Part shown: positions 53,775 to 64,000 of the stretch, one piece after another
Numbering within the stretch: the stretch's first letter is position 1
How the letters are laid out: each line of letters starts with the position of its first letter
Assembly (NCBI GenBank): GCA_051294905.1
Contig: CM119371.1
Location: forward strand, 22,508,001-22,572,000
Origin: Botryllus schlosseri
Taxonomy: Eukaryota
Direction: 5' to 3'
Length of the DNA: 64,000 nt
Notes under the pieces: model-generated
What the model was told of the DNA's origin: nothing
Databases searched by the model: none
The model's input: the letters and a program-made list of their open reading frames with translations, nothing else
Position numbers and translations under genes: made by a program

Positions 53775-54207
53775 TGCTACTATTTGAAAGTATATATTTT
53801 ATCTGTAATATAAAACCGCATGTCATATGTAGCATATGCATTCGGACGACGTGAGCTAGACATAGTCACCGTATACGGTATGAACTTATGGCAACTCTCG
53901 ACATTGTCGTAGCTTCAGCTGTTACGGCACTCATGTGTTATATTGAACCGAATGGACGCCTCGATGATGATGACTGCAGGTAGTGAAAATGTTTCATGCT
54001 GATTTAGTTCTGCATAGAGATATTCTCTTTTCCTCTTAACACAAGGTTCAAGAGCCTTCTTCAGAAGAAGAACCATGTTGGCTGTAGGTTCAATTGTAAT
54101 TCCCAAGATTACGTGTAACAATTTCGATTAACGGTGCCGTCACAATGGAAGATTTCGAACGCCAGGGCGACAAAAATGTTTTGAATAGGGGCCATGTATG
54201 TATCTGA

Positions 54208-54469
54208 TGGCGAGATAGCACAGTGGTGTATAGTCCACAACTGCAACACCAAAAGGCTGCATGTGGAGCCCGACCGAGGTCGACTTCCAAATTCATATAA
54301 TTCAGTGTTGGAGGACTATCTAGCCTCATCCTCGCCATATAATTAAAATGCCTAGAAGTTGGCCGTGTAGCATGTCGGCAGCTACTGAATCATAAATAAG
54401 GGTTATCGGCCTGGTGTAAATGACCATTGTAGTCGAAAACACCATGTATACCACAAACAACAACAACAA
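54208..54469 (+). mobile_element. tRNA-derived SINE with (CAA)n tail
   Basis: Same family as 14540-14798. Confidence 0.75.
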
Positions 54470-54609
54470 GGTCCATGTTTCAAGTATGATTGTTGTAAAT
54501 TGATATTTTTTTCCATTTCAACCATATGTCCATTACACAGTATTGCCGCTTCTGACATGGTTTCCGGAAACGCACAGAATCCAAGGAAACGGAGTCGTTG
54601 AAGCAGAAA

Positions 54610-56545
54610 GATGAGCGTTCCTCGGAACTTTTACAAGCGGCAACCTGTTCTGTGGAGTTTAGCTTTCACGAGGTCATGTTTAGCCAAATAGACGGCGTGG
54701 CAATTGGTAGTCCCCTGGGACCTATTTTGGCCAACATTTTCGTAGGATATTGTGAGGGCGAGCTTCTCTCCCAGCGGGAGTCCGTCAAACCACTATTGCA
54801 CCGCCGATATGTAGATGATACTTTCAGGAATGAGTCGGAGTGTGATCAATTTCTCATTCGCTTAAACTCGCTTCACCCGGCCTTGTAATTCACAATTGAA
54901 AAAGAACGCAATAACTCATTATCATTTCTGGACATTTTAGTCGAAAAGCGCAACACCAACAAATTTGAAACGTCTGTCTCCAGGAAACCGACATTCGCAG
55001 GCCAATACCTTCGCTGGAATTCAGTCAGTCCTCGACGCAGAAAAATTAACCTCATAGGCACCCTCGTCCCTCGAGCGTTCGGGTAACAAACTGAGTTTAG
55101 AACTTGAGACATAGAGAGGAAATTAACGCAATTCAACGCAGAAAATCCAACAGAGCCCACCGAACGAACAGTAAAATATGTTTATATCCTTCTACCTTGG
55201 ATTGGCCCCATTTCCACCCGCTTTGAAAAACAATTGATTTCTGCGGTCAGTAAGTGTTACGACACAGTCACAACTGCTCCCTTCAGCACGAAAAGACGTT
55301 CTCCCTGCACTCCTACAAAGTAATGTGGTGTACGAATATAAGTGCCACTGTGATTGTGGCTACGTGGGAAGAACGTCAAAACGTCTGCGGAAACGCAAAA
55401 ACCAACATGTCCCCAGATTCATCAGAACACGTGCATCACGCTCAGTGAAAAGCTCACCCTTAACTCATCCGCTTAAGATTGATGCTGATCGATCAAAGGC
55501 CATTAATTCTGCCTTCGGCAAACATCTATTAGATCAGGGGCGGGCAACTTCTCCAGTATGCGGGCCGGATTGCTGAATCGATACATTATTCGCCCATATA
55601 TATACATATGCAAGGAATAAATCGTATTTAATGAATGCATTTTAACGACAGCAATGTCACTTCAAAGCCATTTCTCGCCGATAATGACGAAGACAATGTG
55701 GATTTGAGAACAGCACAGGCGCCGCCATGTACGTTTCTCTCTGATCAATTAACACGCGGTACAATCCTTAATTGAGATTTCAAGGCGTTCGATAAGCCCG
55801 GTACCCAAAATGTGCCAAGATATCAATTCATTAGGGTTAAATACATCGTGAATGCCGATAATGCAAGTTTTGACGCTTCGACGAACTTACGCGTAAGCCC
55901 AATGGTAGCCCTACGACGAGACTTCCCGGGGGCCCCCTATGAGTATTTAATCGAAACTTTTGGTGGCTACGCCCCATACCCCCCTTTAGGCTTTGACGCC
56001 CATCACTATTGCACGCTGTGCATATACGTATGTAATAACATACAGTCACTAAAATTTGACGAAGTAAGCAAGCAGTGGGGAATCTCGGCAGATTAGGGCC
56101 GCGAGCCACATTATCATGTAGGACGGGAAATTGTCCGCGGGCAGGACAAAATCCCGTCGCGGGCCGGATCCGGCCCGCGGGCCGTATGTTGCCCGCACCT
56201 GTGTTAGATAGTCCGATTTGTGCGAATAGTTATCGAGACGACCGACTTCGAATCGTTGGGCGAGGCCGTTCACAATTCCATTTGTGTGCCTTGGAGTCGA
56301 CTTTTATCAAAATACACCAACCAAAACTATGTCAACAAAAGGAGTTCTTGTACCACCTAAAAATAGTGCATTGAACACTCTCTCATTCACGAAATTTCAT
56401 GCTGGTGACGTCATATTTTGTGATCCGATTGTTGATATACAATATTCTTTCTAATTCTCTACTAGTTGCTGACGATTACCCCTGACGAGTGTCAGCTGAA
56501 AATATTTGGGTTCATTTCAATATGAATATACTATTCGATTGTATA
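54610..56545 (+). mobile_element. Penelope-like element (RT + GIY-YIG), decayed, split by a MITE
   Basis: QIDGVAIGSPLGPILANIFV, RYVDDTF, LSFLDILV, VYEYKCHCDCGYVGRTS, HLLD|MITE|SPICANSY...LESTFIKIHQPKLCQQ; stops and frameshifts. Confidence 0.9.
55535..56201. mobile_element. hAT MITE inside the Penelope endonuclease
   Basis: TIR CAGG(G/T)GCGGGCAAC; TSD TATTAGAT/TGTTAGAT. Confidence 0.85.
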
Positions 56546-58324
56546 TTAAAAGCAATTGTATATTGAAGTTCTGTACCTCCAAGAAGCTCTTCGGATAAAA
56601 TGACGAAAACGATACAGCATTCCTCACGAGACAGCAGTTAACGTCATAATCTCATTACGATAGGGCAAATAACACGGTTTATTTGATTGGCTGCATTACC
56701 AACCTGACGCAATCTACAGTTACTAAGCTACAGTGACATCACCGATCATGCGAGTCCGTACATAGAAGACATCTCTACCGGTGACAAATGCTATTGCCAA
56801 AGCATCGTATAAAGATAAACACACGCTAAACGGAAAATGCAGCATCGATTCGAAATAACTCTTCGGTCGCCTTTAGACACTACGGATGTTATTTTTTAGC
56901 GGATTACACCCTTCGACTACACAGAAAACGTCTTTTCAGATTATGATGCACATTATGTGACAAGGTATCATTGCGATTTAACTACTCCAGTGAAGCTATG
57001 TTGCAAATTACGATCGTGCACACCATAATGGGTCCTTATTTTCCTAAATCCGATTGCCCTCTCTGAAGCAAGTTCGAGCTACAAGACAATTCTGCCGCAA
57101 AGTCATTGTGGTATATTTGTCGTTGAGAAATCGGTTAGGGTTTTTACAATATGAAGGAAATTTACGAGCATTAAAAAGTTGTAAAATGTATTGTCATGGC
57201 CCAAACGTTGAAATAGACTTTGACATTGTTAGGCCCGCGGGCCGAATGCCACCCACAATGCGATTCTGACCGGTCCGCATGAACTTATTACAAATGTATG
57301 TTATAAAGTCCACTCCATGCGTGGTCCAAAACCATAGTCTGCAGAAACTGAACTGGACATGCGTATATTTTGAAGTCTGTGTTCCGCGGTTGCGCAGTCT
57401 ACGTGCGCCCTATGAGCAATCCAGATTCGAAATAACGCCAACGTGAAGAAGTATGCCATAACAATTGAAGGTGCAAATGACTGTTTCCATATAGTTTAAG
57501 CAATGTTGTAAGAAGTTAATCAGTGCACGTGAGTCACCGTCACCCATAATCAATGGAGGGTGTGCAGGCCGCCGGGCTCAGAGAATATAATTTGAGCCAG
57601 CAATATGAGGAAAAGCACCAGGTTGAATGTTCAGACACTCGACTGAGGTTAGGTGACCAAAACTAGCGTTGTAATATTACAAATACATTGTAGTGTCTTT
57701 ATGGGGGAAAGTGTCTGAGAGTGAAATTGATTAAAAAAGAGCTCATATTTTTTTGTTGACCAATGCTTTAAATCAGGGGTTGGCAAATTTCGGCCCGGAA
57801 CACTGTTTTGTGCGGCCCACAAAAGCCTCAAAAATGTAATGCGTACTAAAATGTAATTTTTGCAATACTTTTTCTCAATATATTTCCCCATGACAATGAT
57901 ATTTATTTTATTGCTGACGTAGTAGCCTGATCTCAAGGTCAACGCATTCTTAAAGTATTCATTTGGTAAACAACACATAAATTCAAAACGGAAACAACAT
58001 ATTAGATATATATTATAACTATTTAAACTTGCGTCGCGATTTTCTGGTGACTCGACTTGACTCGAGTCATTTTGTCAAATGCGTAATATGACTTGAATCG
58101 ACTCGAGTCAACAACAATCAACATATATTAAATTAGCGTGTGTTGACGGCCGTCAATATGCAATTTGAAGTAATGAATTGGTTCCTAAATCTTTGAGAAA
58201 TTTTAATTAAACTTGTAAGTCTTATTCACGCCTGGTGCGATTCAGAGTGATTTTTCGTTTTTAATATAATAGTGTAATCTGCGCCACATCATTATAAGGG
58301 AACCGCAGAGGAAAATGATGCACC

Positions 58325-59889
58325 CGGGGCCTACGATAACTTACGGCCTTATATTGCGCATTCCATTCCACTTCCAACATCGGGGAGGCCGACGTTCGCA
58401 AAACAGACATCATCGGCGATTGCTTACGATGACTCCCATTTTCAAGCCATCACATTCATTACTCAACTATCTGGTTGTGTATTTGCGATAGCGCTTCTCT
58501 GTATAGCAGACGTCTTAAATTTTGAGGCAAAGATTTTGAGCTAGTAGCTGCGTTTGAGTTATTATGGATTATGGAATCATGCCGGGATTAGCTAATACTA
58601 CAGTCACGACTGTGTGGTGACTGAATTATGTTTAGCTTCCGTTTAGACCAGCTTATAAGTATGAGGTAGGCTAACTTATTCAGTTGGTAAATAACTCAGT
58701 ATATTGCTGTATGATTCTCGCCGATCATTAGCAGCTAATAATTCATGGTGACATTTTAATTTCATGCGGCCTTCCTGACAGCGAATTTCGACTGTCTGTA
58801 TACTTGGAATGCAGGATTAACTTTAGGCATAATAATGGTAAACAAATGCTGTGTTTATGGCTGTAAGTCTGGATATTTGACAACTGGGAAAAAGGTTTCG
58901 TCATTTCGCTTTCCATTTCATGATTTGGAGTTACGAAAAAAGGGAAGATATGGCTTCATTCTTGAGCCTAATTAATGCTTGGTGGACAATTGTCAATAGC
59001 TGTCACAGATATTCACCCAATCCATTGTCTGATGCAGTAGTTTCACATGATGGTAAAATCAATTTCCTACAAGATTTCGCTAATTGGCTGATCAAATGGA
59101 ACGGATACAACCCTCAAAATTATTGCCTATCCAAGCAAACATTCAAAGCTCTGATCCGAACCATGCAGTCGCAATCGCTCCTTATGGCAGATTTGTTAGC
59201 AGAGGGGTGTGAATATGTGATTCCAAGAAAATTCCAAAGTGACTCCATTGAAAGAAGGTTCTCGCAGTACAGGCAAATGAGTGGGGGGGGGGTTTCTGGT
59301 CGGTTTAGCAGAAGTTACCAACTCTGAAAAGATAATACTGCTCCGTTCTATGTTGAAAATTGACATTAATTTCTGGGAGCATGATGATGGTGTTCAAAGC
59401 TCAGTTCATTTGGATCATTTCAAACAAACAATTGAAGATGTGGCAATTGAAATTACTGGATCATTTTTATCTCCTGACAGTGAGGAGGTGTGCTATTATG
59501 TTGCTGGGTACGTTGGCGAAAAGGTCCTCAAGAAACTGAATTGCAGGGAATATTCTAAGTTAATTGTTGAAGAATCCGGTGACACTAATTCATTATATTT
59601 CGACCTACTCTCTCGTGGGGGATTGCTTGCCCCTTCAGAACCACTCGCTAAGTTTGTTGCATCCAGTTTTTCAATCCTGGATGGTTCTGATACAATCACC
59701 TGCTCTCATCCTTGTAATTGTAACTTTGGGAAAATACTAATTTCGTCTGTTATACGGCTTTGCTAGACTTATCCTAAGGGAGGGATCTGGTTGCGTAAGC
59801 AATCGCTGATGTCTGTTTTGCGAACGTTGGCATCCCCGATGTTGCAAGTGGAATGCGCCATAAAAGGCCGTAAGTTATCGTAGGCCCCG
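58325..59889 (+). mobile_element. P-element superfamily (THAP9-like) internal-deletion derivative
   Basis: TIR CGGGGCCTACGATAACTTACGGCCTT; 8-bp TSD GATGCACC; THAP start MVNKCCVYGCKSGY..SFRFP at 58835 joined to C-terminal KFQSDSIERRFSQYRQMSGG (58920-59766, frameshifted). Confidence 0.9.
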
Positions 59890-60528
59890 GATGCACCCCA
59901 TAATAAAGAAACACAAAGTCAGAATCGTCTGCGTGTCACGACGGAAGGTTTTTCTGCTACGTTTGGGCGATTCAATATATATTTTGACGATGCCTACAAT
60001 CCTGATAGGACGTTAAAAATAATAACATGCAATAAACTGATTAATACAAATCGGAAAATGCATCGTCATTAATTCTTTGCCCAAAATTTCGAAGACATCC
60101 CCTACATCCGCTCTATTTGTTAATACGATCACGTGAGAAAAGAATGGATAAATATTCGACAGTATCATATGAAATAATCAATAGTATCGATGAAATTATT
60201 TTTCCAGCAGAAAATAAATACAGACAGCATTCCCTAGCATTCAAACTCCCGATTTTGGTGCATAGATATAGTTAGCCTCCGGCATATCTAAAACTTCTAT
60301 ACGCAAGGGCTATTCGCGGTGCCAAGTCTCCAGTCGCTAATTTATCGTGAGTATATGACATCGAGATGCCATGGCGGTTGTATTCTAGATATATAATCGT
60401 AAAAAGCCGCGGATAGAAAAAAAGGTTGAACACCCCTGGATTAAACTTACTACGAAATCAGCGTGTTATGTGGTCAGGGGTGTATACAAATTAAATGGTA
60501 CAATTTGGTTGGCATTATTGCTCTAACG

Positions 60529-63500
60529 CAGTGGTTCCCAACCTTTTTATCCTAATTCCCCACATCCGATTTATTCCGAGCCTTCATTCCCCACCTAAAA
60601 TCTCTATATCCATAGCTACCCTTTAAAGTGCTACCTCCAATAAAAATTTGCAAGACTTTGCTTAGTAAATAGTACGTTCTATTGGTGATTGTTAAGTTCC
60701 CCGGAATTGATCAGCACACAATAAAATTAACGCAGCAGTGAACTGTTGACCGTAAACGCACCTCCGTAGCCTAAACATATGTATCTACCCCGGCGCGCAG
60801 GCAACAGAAAAATAGAAGGGGTGTTCGCGCTTGCGCATTTCATTTGTTAATCCTGATTTTAGTAATCATTTGTAATCAAGCCTTTTCAGATAGGCTGTTC
60901 TTACCGCTATATAAAGCGTCTGCGAACCACTATTTGTTGGTTATTTACGTTGACGCAAAATTGATTGTAAATCTTACTTAACTTACTTCGGTTCCTTGCT
61001 TTCGTTAATCTCAATTCTGTTACGTTCGTCGGCCGTATGTTGCTGTTGCTGTGCTAAGTGTCAGCTATCTTCATCAAGTTGTATGTTGCTGTTGCTGCAC
61101 TACGTGTCTGCTATCTTCATCAATTGGATGTTGCTGTTGCTACACTATTCGTCAGCTATCTTCATTCGGCTTCGACTGGAGCGTGCTATTATGTTATTAA
61201 AGTTATGGAACACGCGTATGAATTACAACGATTAGCATCCGTAGATAACCCCATAGACAGGCTTCTGCGCCTATAATCGGCAGCGCAGGATTCGGACTGC
61301 CGCGCAGAAACAATTTACAATTAATTTGCAATCTACAATCAATTCGCCGGTGGAAGATTTCCTTTCGAATGCTCTCTACATTGAAGAGGGCGTTTTCTCT
61401 TGGACGGAGCGGACGATTGCGATGTTTCCACAGTGTATGTTCACCGTCTCGCCAATCGAGAGCTCGGTTTCATTCCGTCAGTTCAGTCCGTCCAACAACG
61501 CGTTGATCTTGTCTACAGCATTCTCCGTTTGTCTGAAAATCACATAGATTGCATGGCTGGCACATTCAGGATCATTGCAAAGATGGCGGCGCAACTGCAT
61601 GGAGAGTATATTCTTCTCTCTCCAGATGATATCACCAGGGACCATATTCACTCGGGTGCTTGAGTCACAGTTGCCGACAGAAATGCACAAACGTGGGATG
61701 CGGAAGATTGAAACAACCTCTTCGAGCGGATTGTCATTCAAGGCAGCAGAGGGTCAAGACGGAACAATTTATCTGCACAGACATTCATTCCTCTGCGCAG
61801 TCCTTTCAGTTTCGCCCTCGCTACCGTTCCCTTATGGTATTGACGCACATCATCTGTTAGATTTGTGTCAGGCACCTCGCATCGAAAGGAGAATTCGGCA
61901 ATTTGAAGAACTTCTACCGAGCAATGCCGGAAATATTGTTATGATTCCGGAATATTCATTTCCAGCTATTGCACGTTGCGGGGACGCCTCTAAGATTATT
62001 TCGACTTTTCCGAAGGTGACGAATTTTCCAGAGTGTGATACGATTCATCCGACATCGAGAGTCATCATCACGCGCCTAAGTGAAACTGTCCAAGTTGAGT
62101 CGCGTTCGATTGTCTGCGTTCAGCCATTGTGATTTATTCTCGTCGCTTGTAGACATGCTGAACGCCTCGTTACCAATTCAAAGTGATCTATTATCATCGC
62201 TTGTGTAGAGTTGCTGACTACTTCCATATTTATTCCAAATAATTTATTCTTCTCGCCTGTATAGAGATGTCGAACGCCACCCTGCCATTTAAAAAGTGAT
62301 TCATTCTCATCGCTTGTAGAGCTGGTGAACGCCTTTCTACTATTTAAGGTGATATATATAGAATGTATTTTGGATCGGAGGTTCAGCAGCTCTTTGTATG
62401 TTGGTCATTGTACAATCTGACTTTGCCTTGTACAATCTCACTTTGCCTATGTGGATGATGATTCGGAACTTGTATTACATTGACAATTCTGTTGACTGGG
62501 ATCAGTCAAATGGGGGAGTGTTCGCGCTTGCGCATTTCATTTGTTAATCCTGATTTTAGTAATCATTTGTAATCAAGCCTTTTCAGATAGGCTGTTCTTA
62601 CCGCTATATAAAGCGTCTGCGAACCACTATTTGTTGGTTATTTACGTTGACGCAAAATTGATTGTAAATCTTACTTAACTTACTTCGGTTCCTTGCTTTC
62701 GTTAATCTCAATTCTGTTACGTTCGTCGGCCGTATGTTGCTGTTGCTGTGCTAAGTGTCAGCTATCTTCATCAAGTTGTATGTTGCTGTTGCTGCACTAC
62801 GTGTCTGCTATCTTCATCAATTGGATGTTGCTGTTGCTACACTATTCGTCAGCTATCTTCATTCGGCTTCGACTGGAGCGTGCTATTATGTTATTAAAGT
62901 TATGGAACACGCGTATGAATTACAACGATTAGCATCCGTAGATAACCCCATAGACAGGCTTCTGCGCCTATAATCGGCAGCGCAGGATTCGGACTGCCGC
63001 GCAGAAACAAGGGGTTTGAAAATTTTTCAAATGTTTCGGGGTAACATCAATTTACATACGTAAATTAGATAAACCTCCTGATGTTGACGAGCTTATGCGT
63101 GCGATATATATATAGGCCGCCGTAAAATACACTTTCGCACAATGCTAAAATAACTTGAAATAACATAAATATATAATTTCATTTGTAACGAGTCCGGATG
63201 TGCTATCAATTAGCGAGTCCACGATCTCCCTTGAATGCATGTTCATTGTTCAGCAATATGAGCTCTTATTACAACGAATCAGAATTTTTCTATCACTACG
63301 TTTCGTGACCGATGATGGTGTACAAATGAATGAAAAATTTCTGGAGATAGCGTGTTGATATCCATATAGGCGATTCTCCCTAATTGGAGGCATTGATAAT
63401 ATGAATCACTGAATTGCAAATCAGCTATGAAATATTCCGTCGGCATTTCAAAGCGACATTTAATAAAGGAGAATATTACTTGAAAGATTTTTTCAAAAGT

Positions 63501-63571
63501 GAGTCTATTCCCCACCAGACATCCCGAAATTCCCCACCAGTGGGGAATTCCCCACCGTTTGGGAACCACTG
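60529..63571. mobile_element. hAT MITE hosting the LTR element
   Basis: TIR CAGTGGTTCCCAA; perfect TSD CTCTAACG; TTCCCCAC subterminal repeats. Confidence 0.88.
60822..63009 (+). mobile_element. Non-autonomous LTR retrotransposon, BEL/Pao-like
   Basis: Two 491-bp LTRs (60822-61312, 62519-63009), TGTT...AACA, identical by eye; 5-bp TSD AGGGG; PPT AAATGGGGGAG; TATATAAA at 60908 and ATTAAA at 61196; 1.2-kb interior with weak integrase/DUF5641-like traces (KRG..KI.T.SG..F.AA; GNIVMIPE..KIISTFP). The LTR structure is secure, the BEL assignment less so. Confidence 0.9.
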
Positions 63572-64000
63572 CTCTAACGGCTTCACGTGCCGAAAATGAA
63601 ATTGCGACGGCCAACATGTATAGATCGAAGAAAATACGTTCATTTATTGAAGTAGCTGGTATCTATTTTCCGTCGATACCTACATCCAATTTAAGATATG
63701 CAGTAGCTGAACTGAAGAGTGCCAATGTGGTAAAGAACAAGTTACAAACTGAATCAGCTATAACCTTTTATATTTAGATAGTAGTAAATCAGACCCCAAA
63801 GGGGTCGGCGCGGCACAACACACTAACTTTACCACACGTCAACGTATCATAGATGCGGTTCGCAGGAGGATGTGTGAGACTGTGAGGTGGGGAGGGGAAT
63901 TGAACAGTAGCAGATATCAATAACGGAAAATATACCACAGCCACGTGTCTGCCACATTGCAAATCAAGCTTAACCTATCGTAAATGTAAGTTCTGTTACC

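Noticed and set aside
47450..58115. One 10-kb transposon capturing sulfotransferase B exons (GAGTC-repeat ends)
   Set aside because: No shared TSD or clean TIR pair; similar fragments are scattered elsewhere, so these are independent remnants.
60996..62973. Duplicated small Cys/Leu-rich genes (60996, 61058, 62693, 62755)
   Set aside because: They lie in the two LTRs and arise from ~46-bp internal tandem repeats.

Overview
AT-rich eukaryotic (animal, probably marine-invertebrate; an ascidian is a guess) genomic DNA in which a few spliced host genes sit among densely nested transposable elements. Host genes: a multi-exon + strand gene ending in a tandem Tudor-like module (confident exons 4546-8571, tentative exons from ~2600), and two tandem minus-strand 4-exon carbohydrate sulfotransferases of the Sulfotransfer_2 (CHST8-14/HNK-1ST-like) family (31684-38313 and 46112-53774). 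Mobile DNA, mostly delimited by TIR/TSD read from the sequence: a 7.1-kb foldback-type MULE carrying PHD + OTU(Vertnin-like) + transposase remnants, with an ISL2EU-like element nested in it; a foldback element with telomere-like arrays; many hAT MITEs; a P-element deletion derivative and a likely P-type excision footprint; Chapaev3 and Penelope remnants; an RT-less R4/Dong-like element in a (TAATAC)n target; tRNA-derived SINEs; tRNA-His pseudogenes; a 28S rRNA fragment; and a young non-autonomous BEL-like LTR element. The LTR element has no tRNA primer-binding site but has a leader complementary to its own predicted R region, making it a candidate for self-priming and the most novel signal here. 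All calls are by-eye reading; no database searches were run.
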